DNA from: Macrostomum lignano
Taxonomy: Eukaryota
Reading direction: 5' to 3'
DNA: 64,000 nt
Assembly (NCBI GenBank): GCA_002269645.1
Contig: NIVC01001797.1
Location: forward strand, 172,195 to 236,194
Shown: piece by piece, positions 27,031-39,395 of the stretch
Numbering within the stretch: the stretch's first letter is position 1
How the letters are laid out: each line of letters begins with the position of its first letter
The notes under the pieces: generated by a model
Told to the model about the DNA's origin: nothing
The model's input: the letters and a program-made list of their open reading frames with translations, nothing else
Databases searched by the model: none
Made by a program: the position numbers and the translations under genes

Positions 27031-27944
27031 TCTAGAGGTCACCTCTGGGAAGGCACCCCTGTGCGCCAATCAGCACTGCGCCTCAGTGCAGCCTTGCAAA
27101 GCCTCCAAATTTCATCAGCACGTCGACCACACAAGTCTGCATCAGCCCTGACTTCGTTGGTCACTGGCCTTCACCCAGGCGGAGCTTCTGGACCTTCAAA
27201 AGGTGGCACTAGCGTGACTATGGACACCCAGTTGCGAATTTCTCTGATGACCTCACAATTGCTATGTATCCTCAATCAGTCTCTCAAGCATTCAGTCATC
27301 ATTCAGACGCTGTCGCCTCCTTCAACGGGAAAATCCTCCCCTGTTGGTTCGACAAGCAGGTTTTTGGTAATCCTTCTGCAGAAATGAATTTCACAACTAG
27401 CAATAAGCGCCGCACAGTGAGCGTTTGTTCCAAGCATTGGATATTGATATAGTTCTAGCCAATAAAATACGCACGTACGCTTGTATATTTGATGCAATTA
27501 TTTCACAAAGCAGATGTCTAAACACCAGCAAGGCTACAGACAGTTGCCAGGGCTCTGTATTACAGCAGCATCTGTGCTGCTAGCATGAGCTGCTGCAAAA
27601 CGACGGCACAAAAATCTGAAGGGGAAACAAGGGCCAAGGGCTAACCGAATATAAAATTATCTTTTCAATCCCGGGATAATTCATGTCTCAAATTATTCAG
27701 CGCAACATCACAGGGTCAATACGCATAACAGGGAGAGTGAATACACAATGAAATAATACAAACCGAATACAATTATTAAGACATTAATATTACTATACCA
27801 GGGCTTTTACTGAATTTCGTATTCAAAGCAGAAGCTAATTGGCTTGCTTTTAACCACTGAAATGAAATTCAATTAGGGCTCTTGCTGCAGCCTGATTAAT
27901 TATTGATAAGGGAGGCCATTTCTTGCCGCTGCGGTTTGCGGGGA

Positions 27945-28918
27945 ATCTCGGGATGGATAATGGCCGAATCTCGGGTGGATAATGGCCGAATCTCGGGGTG
28001 GATAATGGCCGAATCTCGGGTGGATAATGGCCGAATCTCGGGTGGATAATGGCCGAATCTCGGGTGGATAATGGCCGAATCTCAGGTGGATAATGGCCGA
28101 ATCTCGGGTGGATGACGGCCGAATCTCGGGTGGATAATGGCCGAATCTCGGGGTGGATGATGGCCGAATCTCGGGATGGATAATGGCCGAATCTCGGGTG
28201 GATAATGGCCGAATCTCGGGGTGGATGATGGCCGAATCTCGGGGTGGATAATGGCCGAATCTCGGGTGGATAATGGCCGAATCTCGGGTGGATAATGGCC
28301 GAATCTCGGGTGGATGATGGCCAAATCTCGGGGTGGATGATGGCCGAATCTCGGGTGGATGATGGCCGAATCTCGGGTTGATGATGGCCGAATCTCGGGG
28401 TGGATGATGGCCGAATCTCGGGTTGATGATGGCCGAATCTCGGGGTGGATGATGGCCGAATCTCGGGGTGGATGATGGCCGAATCTCGGGGTGGATAATG
28501 GCCGAATCTCGGGGTGGATGATGGCCGAATCTCGGGTGGATGATGGCCGAATCTCCATGTGGATAATGGCCGAATCTCGGGGTAGATGATGGCCGAATCT
28601 CGGGGTGGATGATGGCCGAATCTCGGGGTGGATAATGGCCGAATCTCGGGGTGGATGATGGCCGAATCTCGGGTGGATGATGGCCGAATCTCCATGTGGA
28701 TAATGGCCGAATCTCGGGGTAGATAATGGCCGAATCTCGGGTTGATGATGGCCGAATCTCGGGTTGATGATGGCCGAATCTCGGGGTGGATGATGGCCGA
28801 ATCTCGGGTTGATGATGGCCAAATCTCGGGTTGATGATGGCCGAATCTCGGGTTGATGATGGCCGAATCTCGGGTTGATGATGGCCGAATCTCCATGTGG
28901 ATAATGGCCGAATCTCTG
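27945..28918. repeat. 22/23-bp minisatellite (GGATGATGGCCGAATCTCGGGT)
   Basis: Visible tandem array. Confidence 0.95.
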
Positions 28919-29706
28919 GGTGGGGATAATTAGTGCCTTAAAAGGTCACTCTGGGGCCCATGGAGAACACGTAGAAAAACTAATGAATAACTCAATAAAA
29001 ATATTTCAACATAATTCAGATTGGGATTGGGATTTACACACAAATAATCTCTGACAGAGTTTCTAATAATTAAGGACGATAAGAAAAGCAGATAAAAAAC
29101 GGAAAACAAGGTAGGCAACAACGTGCAAAGCAACTGGGAAACACCAAAATAATAAAACAAGGCTTAAGATTAACGAGGATAAAAGTTGTAAGCGGCTTGC
29201 TTGAGTGAGCGAGGTTTAAGACTGAAGGGTGAAAAGCAGATTGTGGGAACACTGCACAGGGTGAAGTCCCACAGCCGACTTGGCAACGCCCAGGGGCTTC
29301 CTAATAACTCTACTAGATTTTGATTGAACAAAGCCCCGACAGGGATATTAAATTAGTAAACGAATAAGCCGTGAGAAGCCACAACTGAAGCTTGCAACAT
29401 CTGGATCAGCGACTTCGCACACGATAACAGAGACAGCAATTAAGTAAGCTTAGTTTAATATATGTATGTATAGGGCCGCCAAGAATCAACAGTGCAGGAC
29501 CGTTACTCAAACGCGTGCTTATATAGCAGATGTATAATTAGCATGGTAAATATGTATATAAGTATTCATTCATTCAGAGCCAATCTTCAACATCTTCCTG
29601 TGTAGTTTTGAAAGCGCCCGAACCGTCCAGTCCAGACGCCTATTATCCTAACAGATAAAAAACTGTAGTCCTTGCAGGCAGAGCAGAACTTATATCACCC
29701 CCCCCC

Positions 29707-32700
29707 CTACTTGATGTGCAGGTGCTCGAATTTCTTCAGCAAATCCTCTCGATCCTTCTCTCGCTTGCGCTCCCTGAAAGAGACCGGGGGGGTTATAAAG
29801 GGGATTAATTATAGAAGCGAATAGATGGGATTTGTCAGCTTTCTTTCTCCTCGGAATTCACCAGGAAATAGGAATCTATTCAATCATTAGATGAGAAATT
29901 TTAATTACCGCTTCTAATCTTCTAATCTAAGTGCTTTTTTGCCTTTGAGCTCTTTCCTAGAAATTAATCCTTGTTTCATTCGGCGGCAATAAATTCAATA
30001 TAGAATCCTATCTAACGGCACCCCATGCTTTTCTCAGGTGAGACAGCCGCTCCATTTGACTGCTCCAAAACAATCAGCTTTTTCTATTCAGCCCTCAGTT
30101 CACTCTATGGCCCTCAGCCCTCAGTTCACTCTATGACCCCCAGCCCTCAGTTCACTCTATGGCCCTCAGCCCTCAGTTCACTCTATGACCCCCCAGCCCT
30201 CAGTTCACTCTATGACCCCCAGCCCTCAGTTCACTCTATGACCCCCGGACCTCAGTTCACTCTATGACCCCCAGCCCTCAGTCACTCTATGACCCCAGCC
30301 CACAGTTCACTCTATGACCCCCAGCCCTCAGTTCACTCTATGACCCCCAGCCCTCAGTTCACTCTATGACCCCCGGACCTCAGTTCACTCTATGACCCCC
30401 AGCCCTCAGTTCACTCTATGACCCCCGGACCTCAGTTCACTCTATGGCCCCAGCCCTCAGTCACTCTATGACCCCAGCCCACAGTTCACTCTATGACCCC
30501 AGCCCTCAGTTCACTCTATGACCCCCAGCCCTCAGTTCACTCTATGACCCCCAGCCCTCAGTTCACTCTATGGCCCTCAGCCCTCAGTTCACTCTATGAC
30601 CCCCGGACCTCAGTTCACTCTATGACCCCCAGCCCTCAGTTCACTCTATGACCCCCAGCCCTCAGTCACTCTATGACCCCAGCCCACAGTTCACTCTATG
30701 ACCCCAGCCCTCAGTTCACTCTATGACCCCCAGCCCTCAGTTCACTCTATGGCCCTCAGCCCTCAGTTCACTCTATGACCCCCGGACCTCAGTTCACTCT
30801 ATGACCCCAGCCCTCAGTTCACTCTATGACCCCAGCCCTCAGTTCACTCTATGACCCCCAGCCCTCAGTTCACTCTATGACCCCCAGCCCTCAGTCACTC
30901 TATGACCCCAGCCCACAGTTCACTCTATGACCCCAGCCCTCAGTTCACTCTATGACCCTCAGCACTCAGTTCACTCGATGATCTTCAGCAGTCACTTCAC
31001 CCTATGACCCTCATCCCTCAGTCAGAAGAAAGCGCTCACTTCTGCCGCTCAGCCTTGTAAGCATTTGTCAGTTCGTCAAACAATTTGCTATTCATTTCCA
31101 TAAATGACTTGAGCACATTGTACACCAGAGCTACAATAGTCTGGTTCCAGTGCTCGCGCGAGATCCTATAGAACGATGGGAAAAGAATTGGCATTATGAC
31201 AGCATTGTTTTCTTCAATTAGTTGCGTCACGTATTCGTTGTTCCAGAAGAATAGAGCGCGTTCGGCCACCTGAAAGGCACAAATTGGGATAAAGGCTGCC
31301 TGAATGACAGGAAGTGGCATTGGCTGAATAAATGACAGGAAGTGACATTGGCTGAATAAATGACCGGAAGTGAGAGTGACCGAATAAATGGCCGGAAGTG
31401 AGACTTTCCGAGTATATAACCGGAAGTGAGACTGGCTGAATAAATTATTGGAAGTGACAGTGGCTGAATAAATGACCGGAAGTGAGACTGGCTGAATAAA
31501 TGACCGGAAGTGAGACTGGTTGAATAAATGACCGGAAGTGAGGCTGGCTGAATAAATGACTGGAAGTGAGGCTGGCTGAATAAATGACCTGAAGTGAGAC
31601 TGGTTGAATAAATGACCGGAAGTGAGGCTGGCTGAATAAATGACCGGAAGTGAGGCTGGCTGAATAAATGACCGGAAGTGAGGCTGGCTGAATAAATGAC
31701 CGGAAGTGAGGCTGGCTGAATAAATGACCGGAAGTGAGGCTGGCTGAATAAATGACCGGAAGTGAGGCTGGCTGAATAAATGACTGGAAGTGAGACTGGT
31801 TGAATAAATGACCGGAAGTGAGGCTGGCTGAATAAATGACCGGAAGTGAGGCTGGCTGAATAAATGACCGGAAGTGAGGCTGGCTGAATAAATGACTGGA
31901 AGTGAGATTGTCCGAATAAATGACCGGAAGTGACAGTGGCTGAATAAATAACCGGAAGTGAGACTGGATGAATAAATGACCGGAAGTGAGGCTGGCTGAA
32001 TAAATGACCGGAAGTGAGGCTGGCTGAATAAATGACTGGAAGTGAGACTGGATGAATAAATGACCGGAAGTGAGGCTGGCTGAATAAATGACCGGAAGTG
32101 AGGCTGGCTGAATAAATGACCGGAAGTGAGGCTGGCTGAATAAATGACCGGAAGTGAGGCTGGCTGAATAAATGACTGGAAGTGAGACTGGATGAATAAA
32201 TGACCGGAAGTGAGGCTGGCTGAATAAATGACCGGAAGTGAGGCTGGCTGAATAAATGACCGGAAGTGAGGCTGGCTGAATAAATGACCGGAAGTGAGGC
32301 TGGCTGAATAAATGACCGGAAGTGAGACTGGATGAATAAATGACCGGAAGTGAGGCTGGCTGAATAAATGACCGGAAGTGAGGCTGGCTGAATAAATGAC
32401 CGGAAGTGAGGCTGGCTGAATAAATGACCGGAAGTGAGGCTGGCTGAATAAATGACCGGAAGTGAGGCTGGCTGAATAAATGACCGGAAGTGAGACTGGA
32501 TGAATAAATGACCGGAAGTGAGGCTGGCTGAATAAATGACCGGAAGTGAGGCTGGCTGAATAAATGACCGGAAGTGAGGCTGGCTGAATAAATGACCGGA
32601 AGTGAGGCTGGCTGAATAAATGACCGGAAGTGAGACTGGTTGAATAAATGACCGGAAGTGAGGCTGGCTGAATAAATGACTGGAAGTGAGACTGGATGAA

Positions 32701-35700
32701 TAAATGACCGGAAGTGAGGCTGGCTGAATAAATGACCGGAAGTGAGGCTGGCTGAATAAATGACCGGAAGTGAGGCTGGCTGAATAAATGACCGGAAGTG
32801 AGGCTGGCTGAATAAATGACCGGAAGTGAGACTGGTTGAATAAATGACCGGAAGTGAGGCTGGCTGAATAAATGACTGGAAGTGAGACTGGATGAATAAA
32901 TGACCGGAAGTGAGGCTGGCTGAATAAATGACCGGAAGTGAGGCTGGCTGAATAAATGACCGGAAGTGAGGCTGGCTGAATAAATGACCGGAAGTGAGGC
33001 TGGCTGAATAAATGACCGGAAGTGAGGCTGGCTGAATAAATGACCGGAAGTGAGGCTGGCTGAATAAATGACTGGAAGTGAGATTGTCCGAATAAATGAC
33101 CGGAAGTGACAGTGGCTGAATAAATGACCGGAGTGACTGGCTGAATAAATGACCGGAAGTGAGGCTGGCTGAATAAATGACCGGAAGTGAGGCTGGCTGA
33201 ATAAATGACCGGAAGTGAGGCTGGCTGAATAAATGACCGGAAGTGAGACTGGCTGAATAAATGACCGGGAGTGACTGGCTGAATAAATGACCTGAAGTGA
33301 GACTGGCTGAATAAATGACCTGAAGTGAGACTGGCTGAATAAATGACCTGAAGTGAGACTGGCTGAATAAATGACCGGGAGTGACTGGCTGAATAAATGA
33401 CCTGAAGTGAGACTGGCTGAATAAATGACCTGAAGTGAGACTGGCTGAATAAATGACCGGAGTGACTGGCTGAATAAATGACCTGAAGTGAGACTGGCTG
33501 AATAAATGACCTGAAGTGAGACTGGTTGAATAAATGACCGGAAGTGAGGCTGGCTGAATAAATGACTGGAAGTGAGACTGGATGAATAAATGACCGGAAG
33601 TGAGGCTGGCTGAATAAATGACCTGAAGTGAGGCTGGCTGAATAAATGACCGGAAGTGAGACTGGCTGAATAAATGACCTGAAGTGAGACTGGCTGAATA
33701 AATGACCGGAAGTGAGACTGGCTGAATAAATGACCGGGAGTGACTGGCTGAATAAATGACCTGAAGTGAGACTGGCTGAATAAATGACCGGGAGTGACTG
33801 GCTGAATAAATGACCGGAAGTGAGACTGTCCGAATAAATGACCGGAAGTGAGACTGTCTGAATAAATGACCGGAAGTGAGACTGTCTGAATAAATGACCG
33901 GGAGTGACTGGCTGAATAAATGACCGGAAGTGAGACTGTCCGAATAAATGACCGGAAGTGAGACTGTCCGAATAAATGACCGGAAGTGGGCATCGCTAAG
34001 CCGAAATTTCAAGCCAGAAAACTCACTTGAAAATGCGAACTGCTAACAGATTTGGCAATCTGCTTAAACAGAGGCACCATGATTTTCTCGAACTGGCCGG
34101 GCTCCATCACGTCCATAATTTCTTCCATCTCGCCGAGGTACATCACCTCCTTGCTGCTGACTGTTCTAGGCCAGAATTTGAGCAGCCCGCGAACCACCTG
34201 CTCGGTGAGTGTGGCGTCTTTCTCAAGGAACTGCACAACGCAGTAGGCCAGCTGGGCGTGAAACATGCCGAGAGATTTGGCCTTGTGCAGCGGCAGCAGA
34301 ACTTTCACTAGGAATTGCTTGTGCTCCGCCTTTAACGGCAGCGCAAATCCATTGATGATGCTGCCCAGAATCTCCAGCAATTCGCCGACACCATTGAACT
34401 GTTCGGTCTGGTAGATGAAGCGCAGGAAAATGTTATTAATCTGCTTGCGTATGAAAGCGCGCAAGCCAAGAAATTTGCCATAGATTCGATGCAGGACAGT
34501 CTTCAGAAAATCGCGCTCGCGCGGATCTTCGCTGTCGAAGAGCTCGAGTAGCTGTATAAAAAATTAGTTTAAAAAATGAGTAAAATTCTCAGCATGCTAC
34601 TTAGTTAACTACTGCACAGATTTTACACTAGAATAAAAATATGCTTTTAGAGTAGCTAGATGATGAAGCAGCAACGCCAGGTCGAGAAGCTGCAAACAAT
34701 ATGGATTGAAAACGTTTTGGCCGAAAAGCATGGACTTCTAAAGTTTTAGGTCTAGAATCTAGACTGGAAACCGCTAGTACAAAAAGCAATGGACATGTAA
34801 AGTTCTAGCTCTAGACCCTAGATCAGAAACTGTTATCATAGAAACCATCGAGTTCTAAAGTCCTTGATCTAGAAATCTGGACTGGAAATCGTCAGTACAA
34901 AAAAGCCATGGACATCGAAAGTTCCCAAATCTAGAATCTGGATCGGAAACTGTTGTCATAAAAACCATGGAGTTCAAAAGTTCTAGACCTAGAATCTACA
35001 GCAAAACTTTGATGTGCTCAACCTTGAGCTAACCCACTCCCGTGTCGCAACTGCTAATGCCTCCACAGACATATGCACACGTATTGTCCATCAACTGAGC
35101 AGTGTCAGGAATAGACGTGCGGTTGAGGCAACGCCCTGAAGCCCTGCAGACTGCAGAGACAGACGGGAATAATAAAACAGCTCAATAGCGCGGAGTGAGA
35201 AGTGTACAAGGCCAAGTCAAGATTCTACATTATTCCCATCCGTGAGGATCACAGAATACTAACCCATGTTAATACTGCAACATCGCAGTAGAGGCCGGCG
35301 TACATGCAGCGATGGGAGAAATAAAAGCACCCTGGGGGGAGGCAAGGCGGGAGACAGAAGAGTCCAGTCTCCAGGGCGCTCATTAAAGTAGTATATGCAG
35401 ACAGGCGGACAGGCAAATGAGAGACGCGAAGAGGAATACCAGAAATCCAATTATCTCCTTTTCCTTCCTAACGAAAGAAATCCGTCCAACACAGGCAGTG
35501 AAAATTAGCCTAGTAGAGAAGCAAAGCTTTACAGAGATTTTTCTAGCGACTCGAGTCATACTCAATCACTTTTCTAGACACTAAAAAACAGCAGACCAAC
35601 AGTAAAGCAGAATTACCTGCAGTACGAATCGCTGATCAATGTACTTTTTAGCGACCGACGGTTGAAAGTCTGGCGATTCTAATACGCGAAGAAAGAACTC

Positions 35701-36545
35701 GTAGACAAACTGTAATGAAATAGCAATTAAAATTCTTATTCATATCCCAAAAGTGCGGTCACTAATATTTAAATACGGAACACAAACTTTATGTTTAATA
35801 AACAATTTCTAGTTTCACCTGTAAATGAGGCCACGAAGCTTCCAGTGTCGGGTCGTCCTCCTCCGGATCAAAGTCGGGGTTGTCGGAGGGCGGCAACGTT
35901 CGAAAGATGTTGCACGCAATCTGGCGGGATGAAGGGAGGCCGGGCGGGTGATAATTGAGCATAGTAAGCTGTTGATCAGCTTCCATCACTAGCACAGGAA
36001 ACCGCTGATCAGCTTCCATCACTAGCACAGGAAACCGCTGATCAGCTTCCATCACTAGCACAGGAAACTGCTGATCAGCTTCCATCACTAGCACAGGAAA
36101 CTGCTGATCAGCTTCCATCACTAGCACAGGAAACTGCTGATCAGCTTCCATCTGTATCACTCAAGCTCTCACTCACCATTCGAATAATCTCTGGATAAGT
36201 TGCATCTTGCAAAACGCCCCTAGTAACGGTGACATATTCAACTAATTCGTTAAGGCACGTCCGTTTAATCTCTTTGGATTTGACATCGGACACGGGATCG
36301 GAGAAGTCAAATACAACGCAGCACTGTTGCAACTTTTTAACAAACAACTCCTGCTGATCTGTGGCAGCGTCTTTCAACGGAGGCAGCTGAGTTAACTCCG
36401 TCGGCGCCTTCGGCCGGTAGTGAGACGAGCCGCGCGACCTTTTGGCGGCTTTTTTACTAGCTTTGAGCTCGTTTTTATTGCGGAACGGGTCGGTTTTGTC
36501 TTTGGCTGGGCCGCCATCGACTTTGCCAGCCGCTGCTGCAGACAT
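29707..36545 (-). CDS. PPP2R5: Protein phosphatase 2A regulatory subunit B' (B56 family, widerborst-like), ~461 aa. Exons 36545-36177, 35920-35819, 35709-35617, 34551-34027, 31269-31040, 29773-29707
   Basis: Hallmark B56 sequence: [96 protein letters not shown]|[13 protein letters not shown]. All junctions are GT-AG and in phase. Paralogue not resolved. Confidence 0.96.
30088..31020. repeat. 25/26-bp minisatellite (CAGCCCTCAGTTCACTCTATGACCCC), PP2A-B56 intron 5
   Basis: Visible tandem array. Confidence 0.95.
31300..33992. repeat. 28-bp minisatellite (GAATAAATGACCGGAAGTGAGGCTGGCT), ~95 copies, PP2A-B56 intron 4
   Basis: Visible tandem array, ~2.7 kb. Confidence 0.97.
34720..35000. repeat. 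Old degenerate ~58-bp tandem repeat with dimer structure, PP2A-B56 intron 3
   Basis: Recurrent CCATGGA...AAAGTTC...TCTAGAATCT.GA..GGAAAC.G. Confidence 0.65.
35970..36152. repeat. 33-bp tandem repeat (GCTGATCAGCTTCCATCACTAGCACAGGAAACT), ~5.5 copies, PP2A-B56 intron 1
   Basis: Visible. Confidence 0.95.
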
Positions 36546-37741
36546 TGGCTAATTGCTTCTAGGAGTAAAAGGGGAGGGTCAATTGAAAGCTAGTTTGCTT
36601 ACTCTGAGCAAGGAATAGAAGGCGTTGTTGTAATCAGTGTGTGCTCTATGTCAGCAGGAAAGGTGTTATTGAGATGGTTGCGATTGCAGTTATTATTAAC
36701 GAAAGTTGTGATAGTTGTTTTATATCACTTAGAAACAACATTATGCTGCAATTTTTGCTTATGTTGATTTGCTCTAAAAGGAATTTTACAAGCTTTAACA
36801 ATAGTTTATAGAAAAGTAGTATCTATAGATTCTAAGCAAGTTTAAAGCAGGAATATTGGAAAAGGCTAACTTACATATATAAAGATTCTATAACTAAGTA
36901 ATCAAGTTGCAAGTGAATTTTCTGCACAAGATTTGCCTGCAGTCCAAAGCTGCACATGTTACTACAAAGTGTTACTAAAATTTACCTTAAAATGCTCAGT
37001 CAGTTTTTATAAATATATGTTAGCTCAAACAAAATTTGGGAACACAGACATGAATATCCTTTCAAATTAAATTATTAGCTTCTATCACTGATGAAAAAAT
37101 AAAAATTCAAACCCCTTACAAAAATCATAAATCCTAGCACTAAAAACAAAACTCAATACATAAATCTTTTGAGACCAAATTTTGGCTGATTGATATTTCA
37201 TTCGCAGTGTAAAAAATTTTTTCAAGCAATTTTGTGTTTTCTCTTAATAAGCAAAATAAATTATCCCTTCTTAGTTTTCTAATGGTGGTTTTCTACTTTT
37301 ACTCTTGATAATGAATATTAATATATGCCATTGAGATTTGTTATAATTGTATGCTTTCTTGGGTATCTTACCTAGTCTTTTTCTATTGTCTATTTTACTA
37401 CCTGAGTCTACTTAAGAATCTATATCCCATATTGGCCAGCCTCAGATAAAACTAATTCCTATTTTATTTAATTCCAATACCCAAAGCCTCTACTTATAGA
37501 TTCAAAATAAATTGACCCAGATAGCTCTTTTCCTATAAAATTGATTATTATTTTGTTTATCTAAATAGCTGATAATATAGCTATACATGCAGAACACCTG
37601 GCCAAGCCAGCCAATCTAGCTGATGAGGGGCCCAGCCAAGGTAAGTTGGAAGTTGTAAGTTGCCAACCCAAAAATAGAGACATATATTTACTTAGTATAA
37701 CTTGCCAAAAATCTATATTTATAGTAAAAACTAGGAACAAT

Positions 37742-37969
37742 AGCGCTGTCATTTTTGTTATGTGACGTGTTTCACCTCACATCAGGCATTGTCAGGCTCT
37801 TAAAATTTAGTTACAATTTATTTTTTATTTACTTATATTTAGCAATTTAGACAAAAACAGGTCAATAAAAGTCATAAAATGTATATAAATTAACAGTTGA
37901 TTGCACAGTCAAGAGGAGCGGTGCCTGACGCAAGGCGAAACATGTCGCATAACAAAGGATGATAGTGCT
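37742..37969. mobile_element. MITE-like foldback element, ~228 bp, with ~48-bp imperfect terminal inverted repeats
   Basis: 37742-37789 (AGCGCTGTCATTTTTGTTATGTGACGTGTTTCACCTCACATCAGGCA) is a near reverse complement of 37921-37969. TSD not clear. Confidence 0.6.
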
Positions 37970-38950
37970 CACATTCTTAATTTTGTTTTTCATGAGACAC
38001 GCAACTTTACCATAGTCAAAATTAAATTGCATAACTTTAAATTATACAGAAAAATTTGAATAATTTTAGAGATTATAACAAGGACTACTCAAATAACATT
38101 ATATATAGTACTCTACACTTGTGTTTCATGGAAATAGTTTTAAAGGCTGGTTTTACAAGAAAAATACACTGTGGAGATAGGAAATTTTATAATTTTCAAC
38201 ACTAAAACAGTGATTGGGTCTCTTAACAGTGTCAGAGAAAGTCATAATCATACTATTTTGTGTCTTACATGCTGCTGTAATGATGCATTAATCATTTTTT
38301 CATCTTAAATTGGTCTTGTAATTATTTTAAATGTTTTTTTCAAGACTTTTCAACAACTTTTCAAGTGACAAAAATACTTAAAATTTTTGTAAGTCATTTA
38401 TTGATAATTAATTTTTTATTAGATTGACTTAGTTAAGGTTTAGTATGGCTTTTAGAAGGTAAATTCTCTGCAAATAAGTCAGAGGCTCAGACTCTAAAGT
38501 GCCCATATTTAATTAATAAATTTATATAATTTGTATTAATATATTTCAATTATATTATATTTAATTGTATATCTGTCTATTTATCTTCTTATCTGCCTTT
38601 TAGTATGGCATTTTGTGACTTCGACCTGAAAATAACATCTATTCATAACTATAATACACAAGCTACTTTGAGTTGAATACTTTGCTAGGCCAAGTCTGCT
38701 CAATATATATGACCAAAACCAATACAAGTATTAAATATATATATAGTTTAGATAAAAACTAAATTTTACTCTAAATCCAAATACTAACCCCACTCCAGCT
38801 AAGTAGATATTCAACTTAGCAGAAATCCAAGCAAAGTTGGACTCTTAAAAATAAAAAATACTTTCTTCATAACAATCTATACTGGCAAGTGATGTACTGA
38901 TGTATCAAATGTTTAATTAGTTATATATCAATGTTTGTTTTTTATATAAG

Positions 38951-39240
38951 TGTTAGTCTAGGAAAACTGAGTCAAGTCATGTTTGCAAGCGAAGGAGAAT
39001 ACCATTGAAAGATCTCTACCGAAGTGACGAAAGTATTTATTTGACTACATAACACGAAACCACGTACATCAGTAGACAAATGCCATCCGATTGGCTGGGG
39101 GTTAAAACCATGCACACTGGCAAGCACAAATGTACACAGGTAGGGGTAAAACGATAGCGCGCAAGAATGATCAGTCACGGGAGGGAGAGAGAGAGAGAGA
39201 CAAGTGAAACAACATGAAAAACCAAAGTACAACCCCAACA
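38951..39240 (-). repeat. 3' LTR of Gypsy element (290 bp)
   Basis: Direct repeat of 43217-43506 with TG...CA termini. Confidence 0.97.
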
Positions 39241-39395
39241 CTGCTCCCCCCAAAAGCAGCAAAACAAAAAACAAAAGAAACCAAGACCTGTCCTTAGACC
39301 TTATAACAAACAGGTTTACGAGGCCGCAAATCATACGAGCTGTGGGGCTGGAGAGTCTTATCTCCAGAACTCAGCGGGGAGTCACAGTCAGTCAC

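Noticed and set aside
27264-27452. THAP-like VCSKHW motif
   Set aside because: There is no upstream CxxxxC, FP or W in frame, so it is probably chance.
19178-28896. Long repetitive ORFs (GGGAIGRGS, CPSILSV/DGHTLRI, QTDR, PPRSSGPPQTL, EIRPSSTRDSAII)
   Set aside because: Open in several frames and on both strands because the unit lacks stops. No domain content.
31036-34012. 985-aa and 855-aa ORFs
   Set aside because: They are stop-free readings of the 28-bp intronic array. Only 31269-31040 is a real B56 exon.
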